From positions 1 to 23,485 of the forward strand of contig JBKBIN010000019.1 in the NCBI GenBank assembly GCA_046296715.1: a stretch of DNA of 23,485 bases, in the 5' to 3' direction. A program made the position numbers and the translations under genes. The notes under the pieces are model-generated. The model was not told the DNA's origin. It ran no database searches and saw only the letters and a program-made list of their open reading frames with translations. The DNA comes from Candidatus Ratteibacteria bacterium (GTDB lineage Bacteria > Ratteibacteria > UBA8468 > B48-G9 > JAFGKM01). Positions 7,777 through 16,040 of the stretch are shown here, piece after piece (within the stretch, counting starts at the first letter, position 1; each line of letters opens with the position of its first letter).

Positions 7777-8742
7777 TTATGTCCACCAAGCCTTTGGTTT
7801 CGGTTCTCTTATCAATACATTTTTCAAAAATTCAACTGCTTTTTTAAGTCCTTCTTCACCACTCATTAAACTATCTTCATGTTCAATACTTAATACACCA
7901 TCATAACCAACCATTCTTAAAGTAGAAACAAAATCATTCCAGAATTCATATCCATGACCATATCCCACTGTTCTGAATATCCAACTCCTATTTTCCTCAT
8001 CAAGATATGACTTTGTATCAAGAACTCCATTTACACTTGATGTATATGGATTTATTTTTGTGTCTTTAGCATGGACATGGTATATTGCACCTTTAAGTTT
8101 TCTTACTGCTGCTATTGGGTCTATTCCCTGCCAGAATAAATGACTTGGATCAAAATTTGCTCCTATTTCTTCTCCTACTGCCTCTCTTAATTTCAAAAGT
8201 GTCTCCGGATTATAAACAACAAAACCTGGATGCATTTCAAGACATATCTCCTTTACATTATGTTTTCTTGCAAACTCTACTTCTTCTTTCCAGTAAGGTA
8301 TTACAACTTTTTCCCACTGCCATTCTAAAATCTCTGAAAAATCAGTTGGCCACGGACATGTTACCCAATTTGGATATTTTGCATTCTCACTATCTCCAGG
8401 ACATCCAGAAAAAGTTATAATTCTTCCAACCCCAAGTTTCTCTGCAAGAAGAATTGTCTTCCTTTGAACCTGCCTATGCGCTTCTGATATATTTTTATCT
8501 GGATGGAGTGGATTACCATGACAAGATAAAGCAGAAATTTCAAGTCCTCTTTTATCAAATTCCCTTCTAAATTCATTTAATTTACTTTCATTTTCTAATA
8601 ATTCATCAACTTTACAAAAAGCATCTCCTGGATAATTACCTGTTCCTATTTCAACTGCATCAAGTCCAAGTTCCTTTACCTTATCAAGTGCTTGTTCTAA
8701 ACTTTTTCCTCCAAATACTACTATAAACACACCTAATTTCAT
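7777..8742 (-). CDS. Sugar phosphate isomerase/epimerase family (xylose isomerase-like TIM barrel)
   Basis: AVEIGTG, LSCHGNPLHP, LEMHPG, NFDPSHLFWQG, HVHAKD, FRTVGYGH, LSIEHED. Strong RBS AAGGAGG. Confidence 0.92.
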   Translation of the reverse strand: MKLGVFIVVFGGKSLEQALDKVKELGLDAVEIGTGNYPGDAFCKVDELLENESKLNEFRREFDKRGLEISALSCHGNPLHPDKNISEAHRQVQRKTILLAEKLGVGRIITFSGCPGDSENAKYPNWVTCPWPTDFSEILEWQWEKVVIPYWKEEVEFARKHNVKEICLEMHPGFVVYNPETLLKLREAVGEEIGANFDPSHLFWQGIDPIAAVRKLKGAIYHVHAKDTKINPYTSSVNGVLDTKSYLDEENRSWIFRTVGYGHGYEFWNDFVSTLRMVGYDGVLSIEHEDSLMSGEEGLKKAVEFLKNVLIREPKPKAWWT

Positions 8743-8761
8743 TTTCCCCTCCTTTTTTTAT

Positions 8762-8789
8762 ATTATAAAACCAAATAAAAAAATTTCAA
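8762..8789 (-). promoter_or_regulatory. Putative sigma70 promoter for the isomerase/epimerase gene
   Basis: TTGAAA-N16-TATAAT on the minus strand, just after the argS stop and upstream of the AAGGAGG RBS. Confidence 0.55.
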
Positions 8790-8791
8790 AA

Positions 8792-10408
8792 TTACATTCT
8801 TTCTGGTAAAGAAATATTCAAAAGATTGAGAGATAATTCAAAAACTACAAAAATTGATTTTACAAGAACAAGTCGCGCATATGTTAATTCTTTTTCTTCA
8901 CCAACAATTCTGTATTTCTGGTAATAAGAATGAAAAACTTTTGATATGTCAAGTAAATATTCGGCAAGTAGATGAACTCCATATGTCTTAACAACATTTC
9001 TTATAACATCATTAAATTTCCAAATTTTTTTCATTAACTCAATCTCTTCTTCTTTGTTTAATAAATCAATTTGGATTGGTTTTTCTTCAAGTTTATAACC
9101 TTTTTCTTTTGCAAATTCAATTAGATGCTTAAGACGAACATATGCATATTGAAGATAAAAAACAGGGTTTTCACTTGAAAGTTTTTTCGCAATATCTAAA
9201 TCAAAATCAAGATGACTATCTATTTTTCTAAATAGAAAGAAGAATTTAGTTGAATCAGGCCCTATTTCTTCTATAAGTTGTCTTAAGGTTATAAATTGTC
9301 CTTTTCTCGTTGACATTCTTAATTTCTCTTTCCCTCTATAAAGTGTTGTAAGTTGGACTATTAAAATAATAAAATTCTCTGGATTAAAACCTAAAGAAGC
9401 AACTGCTGCTTTCAATCTTGGTATATATCCATGATGATCAGGTCCCACAATATTTATAATAACCTCAAAACCCCTTTCAATTTTATATTTATGATAAGCA
9501 ATATCTGTTGCAAGATATGTATAACTTTTATCACTTTTAACAACAACCCTATCCTTATCATCTCCAAAGATAGTACTTTTAAACCATAAACTCCCATCTT
9601 TTTCATAAATCAAATTTTTATTTTTCAAAATATCTAATACTTTTTCAACTTCTTTATTCTTGATAAATTCACTTTCTCTAATCCAACTATCAAAATAGAC
9701 ACCGAAATTTTTAAGATCATTTTTAATATCACAAAGTATTTCATTAAAAGCAAATTCTTTAAAAAAATTTTTATCATCTTTAACTTCTTTTATCTTCTTT
9801 GCAATATCAATTAAATATTCACCAAAATATCCCTCTTCTGGAATTTCAGATTCAATCCCTTTAAGTTGATAATACCTTGCTTTCAATGATTCTCCAAGTA
9901 ATTCAATCTGTTTACCAGCATCATTTATGTAATATTCTTTTGTTACATTGAAATTGGTAAACTTTAATATTCTTGAAAGTGCTTCTCCATATGCTGCTTG
10001 TCTTCCATGAGCAATCGTTAAAGGACCGGTCGGATTAGCACTAACAAACTCAATAAGTATTTTCTTCCCGTTCCCTATATTTTCTTTTAAGTGTTGAACT
10101 CCATCCTCAAATATTTTTAAAATTTGCTTTCTGTAAATGTCTTCATCAATAAAAAAATTGATATACCCATTCTTTATTTCTATTTTTTTAACTATCCCTT
10201 CTAAATCAGATGAAATATTTTGTTTGATTATTTCAGCAATTTTTTCTGGTGGATTTTCCTTATCTGCCAATCTAAAAGATAAGTTTGTATAAAAATCACC
10301 AAACTCTTCTTTCTCGCAAGGCAATACCATAAAATCTACATCTTTTTTATAATCAACTATAAATTTTTTAAGAGTTTTTTCTATTATATCTTTTACTTCA
10401 ATTCTCAT
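8792..10408 (-). CDS. argS: Arginine--tRNA ligase
   Basis: EFVSANPTGPLTIAHGR (HIGH-like), EYYINDAG, GDDKDRV, TYLATDIAYH, RMSTRKG (KMSKS-like), ENPVFYLQYAY, C-terminal PERM. Confidence 0.97.
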   Translation of the reverse strand: MRIEVKDIIEKTLKKFIVDYKKDVDFMVLPCEKEEFGDFYTNLSFRLADKENPPEKIAEIIKQNISSDLEGIVKKIEIKNGYINFFIDEDIYRKQILKIFEDGVQHLKENIGNGKKILIEFVSANPTGPLTIAHGRQAAYGEALSRILKFTNFNVTKEYYINDAGKQIELLGESLKARYYQLKGIESEIPEEGYFGEYLIDIAKKIKEVKDDKNFFKEFAFNEILCDIKNDLKNFGVYFDSWIRESEFIKNKEVEKVLDILKNKNLIYEKDGSLWFKSTIFGDDKDRVVVKSDKSYTYLATDIAYHKYKIERGFEVIINIVGPDHHGYIPRLKAAVASLGFNPENFIILIVQLTTLYRGKEKLRMSTRKGQFITLRQLIEEIGPDSTKFFFLFRKIDSHLDFDLDIAKKLSSENPVFYLQYAYVRLKHLIEFAKEKGYKLEEKPIQIDLLNKEEEIELMKKIWKFNDVIRNVVKTYGVHLLAEYLLDISKVFHSYYQKYRIVGEEKELTYARLVLVKSIFVVFELSLNLLNISLPERM

Positions 10409-10748
10409 CTTTTTCTTCTCTTATCTCTTTTAAGAGTTGTTCAATTCTATATTCTTTTCTTTCATCAAGTTCAAATTCAATGTTGGGTGTGAATTTAAGA
10501 GATATTTTTTGTCCGAGTTTATACTTAATAAAATTTTTAGCACTTAAAATTCCACGAAATGCGTCTTTCACTTGGCTTTCATTACCTATAAAACTTATCC
10601 CAACTTTAACATTTTTAAGATCACCTGTTATATGAACATAAGTAATTGTAAAAAAACATATTCTCGGATCAGATACATCTTTTCTTATAATTTCTTCAAT
10701 TTCTTTCCTCAACATACTTTCAACTTTTAATTGTCTTCTCGTTTTAAT
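10398..10748 (-). CDS. rbfA: 30S ribosome-binding factor A, probable ATT start
   Basis: RRQLKVESMLRKEI, DPRI..TITYVHITGDLK, LKFTPNIEFELD. Start placed at ATT 10748, 5 nt after AAGGAG. The ORF-track TTG at 10778 lies inside the predicted promoter. Confidence 0.93.
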   Translation of the reverse strand: MKTRRQLKVESMLRKEIEEIIRKDVSDPRICFFTITYVHITGDLKNVKVGISFIGNESQVKDAFRGILSAKNFIKYKLGQKISLKFTPNIEFELDERKEYRIEQLLKEIREEKDEN

Positions 10749-10768
10749 TTTTTCTCCTTTTGATTTAT

Positions 10769-10797
10769 AGAATACCAAAAAAAAAATTTCAATTCAA
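10769..10797 (-). promoter_or_regulatory. Putative sigma70 promoter for rbfA-argS
   Basis: TTGAAT-N17-TATTCT with extended -10 TG, followed by ATAAATCAA-AAGGAG. Confidence 0.65.
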
Positions 10798-10827
10798 CCA
10801 TTTTTTTGGAGAATAAAGATATTTTTA

Positions 10828-10856
10828 TTGTCAAAAAGAAGAATTGATGGTAAATT
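10828..10856 (+). promoter_or_regulatory. Putative sigma70 promoter for the ftsK operon (possibly leaderless)
   Basis: TTGTCA-N17-TAAATT with extended -10 TG. ATG follows 7 nt later with no SD. Confidence 0.55.
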
Positions 10857-10863
10857 ATAATTA

Positions 10864-13029
10864 ATGAGATGGAAAAATTTGGAAAACAGGATAAAAGGTA
10901 TTTTAATATTTGGCTTTGTATTATATCTATTTTTTCTATTTATATCTTTTGACCCTTTTGACCCAACATTTAGATTCTGTCAAATTGGTTTTCCAGTAAA
11001 TGAAAATATAAGGAATTTCGGTGGCAAATTTGGTTCATATTTAACTGGATTAATCTTCTTTTTGTTTGGGAAAAGTTCATATCTTCTCTTAATTTGTCTG
11101 ATTTTTTTAGGTTATAATCTTGTTTGGGGTGAAAAAGAAAGATTGTGGAAGAGATTTGTAAGTATAACAGGTATTCTTTTAGTATTTTCAATATTTTTAA
11201 CAATAATAAACCCATCTTTTGAAAATTTTAATGGTGGCTTTTTAGGGACTATTTTAAGTTTTATTTTAAAAGAATATTTTGGAGAAAAAGGTATATTTTT
11301 CATTCTTGGACTTTGTGGAATTTTATTTATAGGTATAGGTTATAAAATGTATTTTGAACCATTCAAAGTAGTGTTCAATAATTATGTTTTTAAAGAGGAT
11401 AAAATACTCTTACCTGAAAGTCCTGTTTCTCCTGAAAGATTAAAGAAAAAAATACCTGAAACAAGGAAAAAAATAAAGATTCCTGAACCAGAAGAAAAAT
11501 CAGAACCTGAACAAGAAAAATCAAAAGAAGAAAAAGAAAAAAAGAAAGTAAAGAAAACTCTTATTTCGCAAAGAGGAATAGTTTATAACTTTCCACCAAT
11601 TGATTTCCTAAAAATAGGAAGTCCAACACAAAAAGAAACAAAAGATGATTTAGAAATATATGCTCAAGTTATTGAAGAGACGCTTTCAGAATTTGATATA
11701 GAAGGTGAAGTTGTTCAAATTAATCAAGGACCGAGAGTTACAATGTTTGAAGTTCAACTTGCTCCAGGAATTCAGGTTCAAAAAATTTTTAAAATTCAGG
11801 ATAATATCGCTATGAATTTAAAGACAACAACTATAAGAGTTGTTGCTCCTTTACCAAATAAATCTACTGTTGGGATTGAAGTTCCTAATAGAGAAATCTC
11901 AATAGTATACTTAAGAGAAATTATAGAAAGTAAAGAATTTCAACGCTCGCAATCAAAATTAACTCTTGCTATTGGAAAAGACATAATGGGAAGACCAATT
12001 ATAACAGATTTAAAATTAATGCCCCATCTTTTAATTGCAGGTGCTACAGGTTCAGGCAAAACTGTCTGCCTTAATTCTTTGATTACTTCAATTTTATATA
12101 AAGCAACTCCTGATGAAGTTAAATTTATTTTGATAGATCCTAAGATGGTTGAACTTACTCTTTATAATGATCTTCCACATTTATTATGTCCTGTTATAGT
12201 TGATATTAAAAAGGCAGTCAATGCTTTAAAATGGTTAATAGGAGAAATGAAAAGGAGATATAAAATTTTTTCAGAACAAAAAGTTAGAAATATTGATTCA
12301 TATAATAATATTTTCAAAGACAATCCCTTGCCATATGTAGTCGTAGTAATTGATGAACTTGCTGATTTAATGACAGTTGCGAAAAATGAGATAGAACAGA
12401 GTATCATACGACTTTCACAACTTTCAAGAGCAGCAGGAATACACTTAATACTTGCAACACAAAGACCCTCTGTAAATGTTATAACAGGTGTAATTAAAGC
12501 CAATTTGCCCTGCAGAATCTCTTTTCAGGTAACTTCAAAATTTGACTCAAGAACAATCCTTGATAGAATTGGTGCAGAGAAATTACTTGGTAGAGGAGAT
12601 ATGTTATTCTTGCCTCCTTTAAGTTCAAATTTAATAAGAATTCAGGGAAGTTATATTTCAGATGAGGAGATAGAAAAAGTTTGTAATTTTATAAAGCAAC
12701 AAAGAATTCCAGAATATAATATGGAAATCCTTGAAAGTAAAGTTTTTGAAGAAGTTGCAATTCCTGAAATATTACAAACAGAATATGATGATGAAGAAAT
12801 ACTGTATGAACAAGCAAAAAGGATAGTTATTACAACAAAAATTGCTTCAATTTCAATGCTTCAAAGGAGGTTGAGAATTGGATTTAATAAAGCAGCAAGA
12901 TTGATTGAGAGAATGGAAGAAGAAGGAATTGTTGGACCATATCAAGAGGGCAAACCGAGAAAAGTTTTGATAAATTTAGAGGAAAATCAGCAAAATTCAG
13001 AAGAAAATGGATTTGAAGAGTTTAAGTGA
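10864..13029 (+). CDS. ftsK: DNA translocase FtsK/SpoIIIE
   Basis: N-terminal TM domain, charged linker, PHLLIAGATGSGKT (Walker A), IDPKMVEL, VIDELADLM (Walker B), LATQRPSV, GAEKLLGRGDML, gamma domain SISMLQRRLRIGFNKAARL. Confidence 0.97.
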   Translation: MRWKNLENRIKGILIFGFVLYLFFLFISFDPFDPTFRFCQIGFPVNENIRNFGGKFGSYLTGLIFFLFGKSSYLLLICLIFLGYNLVWGEKERLWKRFVSITGILLVFSIFLTIINPSFENFNGGFLGTILSFILKEYFGEKGIFFILGLCGILFIGIGYKMYFEPFKVVFNNYVFKEDKILLPESPVSPERLKKKIPETRKKIKIPEPEEKSEPEQEKSKEEKEKKKVKKTLISQRGIVYNFPPIDFLKIGSPTQKETKDDLEIYAQVIEETLSEFDIEGEVVQINQGPRVTMFEVQLAPGIQVQKIFKIQDNIAMNLKTTTIRVVAPLPNKSTVGIEVPNREISIVYLREIIESKEFQRSQSKLTLAIGKDIMGRPIITDLKLMPHLLIAGATGSGKTVCLNSLITSILYKATPDEVKFILIDPKMVELTLYNDLPHLLCPVIVDIKKAVNALKWLIGEMKRRYKIFSEQKVRNIDSYNNIFKDNPLPYVVVVIDELADLMTVAKNEIEQSIIRLSQLSRAAGIHLILATQRPSVNVITGVIKANLPCRISFQVTSKFDSRTILDRIGAEKLLGRGDMLFLPPLSSNLIRIQGSYISDEEIEKVCNFIKQQRIPEYNMEILESKVFEEVAIPEILQTEYDDEEILYEQAKRIVITTKIASISMLQRRLRIGFNKAARLIERMEEEGIVGPYQEGKPRKVLINLEENQQNSEENGFEEFK

Positions 13030-13396
13030 AATAATAAAAAAAGAAAGAGAAAAAAAAGGTCTTAATTATGAAAAAATACATCAAGACACTTCCATACCAA
13101 GTAAATTTTTAGAATATATTGAAAATGGAAATTGGGAAATGTTTCCAAGCGAATTTCATAAAAAAGCAGTTTTAAAAAAATATATTGATTATTTAAAGAT
13201 AGAAGGTTTGAATCTTGATGATATTTTTAGGGATAAAGACAATTTTGACCAAAATCAAGTTGAAGAAAAAGAAAAAAGTTTAGAAAAGTCAGACGATAAG
13301 AAAGATAGAAGGTTTTACATTGTAATATTTTTATTTCTTATTTTCTTTTTGCTTTTTATCCTAACAAATATATTATTGAAAAACTTATCAGAATGA
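13007..13396 (+). CDS. RodZ-like HTH protein with a C-terminal TM helix (no periplasmic domain)
   Basis: IKKEREKKGL..IPSKFLEYIENGNW..P..LKKYIDYL (HTH_25-like), then a single hydrophobic helix. Conserved position between ftsK and rimO. Confidence 0.8.
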   Translation: MDLKSLSEIIKKEREKKGLNYEKIHQDTSIPSKFLEYIENGNWEMFPSEFHKKAVLKKYIDYLKIEGLNLDDIFRDKDNFDQNQVEEKEKSLEKSDDKKDRRFYIVIFLFLIFFLLFILTNILLKNLSE

Positions 13397-14661
13397 AAAT
13401 TCATCTTATTTCTCTTGGATGTCCTAAAAATCTTGTTGATTCTGAACAATTACTTGCACTTATTGGACAAGAAGGATTTATTATTACAGATTCAATAGAC
13501 CAAGCAGACCTTGTTATAATAAATACTTGTGCATTTTTAAAAGATGCTGTGAAAGAATCTATAGAAAATATAAAAATGGTCATTAAAAAGAATAAAAAAT
13601 TAATTATATGGGGATGTCTTGTTCAAAGAGAAAAAGAAAAACTTCTGAAATTTAAAAATTTAAAAGGAATTGTTGGAGTTGGAGATCCTGAACAGGTTTT
13701 AAAGATTATAAAAGACGAAAATGAAAAACTCTTAAATATAAGTGAAAATTACTTTGGATATATAAAAGAATATCCTCGTCTTATAACTACTTTTCCTTAT
13801 GCTTATATAAAAATTTCTGACGGTTGTAATAACTCTTGTAGTTATTGTCTCATTCCTAAGTTAAGAGGCCCTCTTAGAAGTAGAAAAATTAAGGATATTT
13901 TAAAAGAAGCCGAAGTAATTGAAAGATTTGGGTTTAAAGAAATTATAATTATAGCACAGGATACAACAAATTATGGAAAGGATTTAAACGATGAAACAAA
14001 TTTAGTTAAATTACTTGATGATCTTGAAAAATTAAATTTTGAATGGATAAGGGTTATGTATATGCATCCAGGTCATATAAGTGAAGAATTGATTGAAAAA
14101 ATAGGAGAGAGTAAAAAAATATGTAAATATTTTGATATACCAATGCAGCATGTATCCCCTTTAATTTTAAAAAAAATGAATAGACCTGTTATAAACTGTA
14201 AAAAGTTGATTGAGAAAATAAGAAAACAAATACCTTCTGCTGCAATAAGAACAAATTTTATTGTTGGTTTTCCTGGAGAAACAGATTATGACTTTGAACA
14301 ACTTTTAAATTTTATTGAAGAAGTAAAAATTGATAGAGTTGGTTTTTTTAAATATAGTAGAGAAAAAGGGACAGTTGCATATAATTTTAAAGAACAGATA
14401 AGTGAGAATGAAAAAGAAAAAAGATATTTAAATCTTATTGAAAAACAGAGAAGAATATCAAAAGAAAATTTAAAGAAATATATTGGTAAAACTTTAAAAG
14501 TTTTGATAGAAAGGAAAAGTAAAAATTTTTTTATTGGAAGGACTGAATATGATGCACCAGAAATAGATGGAATTGTGTATGTAGAAGGTAAGGACTTTAA
14601 AATTGGTGAGTTTTATAATTTGAAGATTAAAGATGCAGATTATTACGACCTTTATGCATAA
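13393..14661 (+). CDS. rimO: Ribosomal protein S12 methylthiotransferase (radical SAM)
   Basis: SLGCPKNLVDSE, INTCAF, YIKISDGCNNSCSYC (CxxxCxxC), IAQDTTNYG, FIVGFPGET, TRAM GRTEYDAPEIDG. Confidence 0.96.
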   Translation: MKIHLISLGCPKNLVDSEQLLALIGQEGFIITDSIDQADLVIINTCAFLKDAVKESIENIKMVIKKNKKLIIWGCLVQREKEKLLKFKNLKGIVGVGDPEQVLKIIKDENEKLLNISENYFGYIKEYPRLITTFPYAYIKISDGCNNSCSYCLIPKLRGPLRSRKIKDILKEAEVIERFGFKEIIIIAQDTTNYGKDLNDETNLVKLLDDLEKLNFEWIRVMYMHPGHISEELIEKIGESKKICKYFDIPMQHVSPLILKKMNRPVINCKKLIEKIRKQIPSAAIRTNFIVGFPGETDYDFEQLLNFIEEVKIDRVGFFKYSREKGTVAYNFKEQISENEKEKRYLNLIEKQRRISKENLKKYIGKTLKVLIERKSKNFFIGRTEYDAPEIDGIVYVEGKDFKIGEFYNLKIKDADYYDLYA

Positions 14662-14663
14662 AA

Positions 14664-15275
14664 ATGGAAGATAAAATTATTGTTGAACGAATAATAGTAG
14701 GTGACTTTTTTACAAATTGTTATATTATTGGATTTAAACAAGAAAATTTATGTGTAATTATTGACCCTGGAGAAGAAGGAGAAAAGATAAAAAGATTAAT
14801 TAATAATTTAAACTTAAAAGCAATATTAATAATAAATACACATGGACATTTTGACCATATTGGAGCAAACAATTTTTTTGACCTTCCTGTACATATTCAT
14901 AAAAAAGACATTGAATTTTTAAAAGACCCCGAAAAAAATCTATCTTCTTTTTTTTCAGTTCCGTATATATGTAAAAACAAAGTTTTTCCAATTGAAGAAA
15001 ATGATACGATAGAGATAGGAAAGATGAAATTTAAGATTATTCATACACCTGGACACACTCCTGGTAGCATCTGCCTTAAAATTGAAAATATTCTTTTTAC
15101 AGGAGATACAATCTTTGCTAATGGTATAGGGAGAACAGATTTTCCTTGTGGAGATGAACAAGTTTTAATAAAATCAATAAAAGAAAAATTAATTACTTTA
15201 CCAGATGAAATCATTATTTATCCAGGACATGGAGAACCTTCAAATTTAAAAGATTTTAAAAGGTGGTTTTTATAA
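14664..15275 (+). CDS. MBL-fold metallo-hydrolase (glyoxalase II-like)
   Basis: TNCY, IDPG, THGHFDHIG (HxHxDH), HTPGHTPG, FTGD, GRTDFP, YPGHG. Confidence 0.93.
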   Translation: MEDKIIVERIIVGDFFTNCYIIGFKQENLCVIIDPGEEGEKIKRLINNLNLKAILIINTHGHFDHIGANNFFDLPVHIHKKDIEFLKDPEKNLSSFFSVPYICKNKVFPIEENDTIEIGKMKFKIIHTPGHTPGSICLKIENILFTGDTIFANGIGRTDFPCGDEQVLIKSIKEKLITLPDEIIIYPGHGEPSNLKDFKRWFL

Positions 15276-16040
15276 ATGGAACCTATAGTAGGGATAAGTA
15301 GTTTACATTTTAACTGGACAAATTTAGAAGAAGCATTTAAAAGATGTAAACTTGAATTTGGACTTAAAGTTATAGAATTTTCATATCCTGATTTATTAAA
15401 AGATAACAACCTTTCATATGTAAAAAAAATTAATGAGAAATATGAATTAAAATTGGGCTTACATATTTGGGATAACTTACCAGAACTCGGTAAAATAAAT
15501 TCAATTTTGAAATTAAAAGATTATTTAAAAATTTGTTTAATCACTGGAATTGATTTTATAACAATGCATCTTGGTAAATATGATGAAAAAGAGAAAGGTT
15601 TAAAAATTGTTTTTGAAGTTTTAAAAGAAATAGTGCCTTTATATGAGAAAGAAAAGATACAAATATGTATTGAAAATCATTATATTGATGAACTGGGGAA
15701 CTGCCCTGAAGAATTTCTTTACTTTTTTGAAAAGATTGATTCAACTTCTCTCAAATTTTGTTTTGACTATGGACATGGAAACCTTACAGGAAATATTTTT
15801 GACTTTATTGAAAAACTTCATAAATTTTTTGGAATTGCACATATTTCAGATAATAATGGAGAGAAAGACGAACATTTATACTACAAAGATGGAAATATAA
15901 AATGGGAAGAATTAATACCTCTAACATTAAAAAAAGGTTTTTATGGTCCTTACATAATTGAATATGGAGGCAAAAAAGAAAAATTTAATAAGATTGAAGA
16001 ATTTAAGAATGATTTAAAATATTTGGTGGAAAATTTATAA
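15276..16040 (+). CDS. Xylose isomerase-like / AP endonuclease family 2 TIM-barrel protein
   Basis: Metal-ligand pattern HLG, IENH, FDYGH, HISDN, DEHL, G.IKW, IIEY. Confidence 0.85.
   Translation: MEPIVGISSLHFNWTNLEEAFKRCKLEFGLKVIEFSYPDLLKDNNLSYVKKINEKYELKLGLHIWDNLPELGKINSILKLKDYLKICLITGIDFITMHLGKYDEKEKGLKIVFEVLKEIVPLYEKEKIQICIENHYIDELGNCPEEFLYFFEKIDSTSLKFCFDYGHGNLTGNIFDFIEKLHKFFGIAHISDNNGEKDEHLYYKDGNIKWEELIPLTLKKGFYGPYIIEYGGKKEKFNKIEEFKNDLKYLVENL

Noticed and set aside
10000..10045. ArgRS HIGH motif reads TIAH
   Set aside because: The HIGH motif is variable among class I synthetases and all other motifs are intact, so there is no reason to suspect altered function.
10749..10778. TTG-initiated N-terminal extension of RbfA
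   Set aside because: It overlaps the predicted -10 box and the SD, has no RBS of its own, and does not resemble RbfA.
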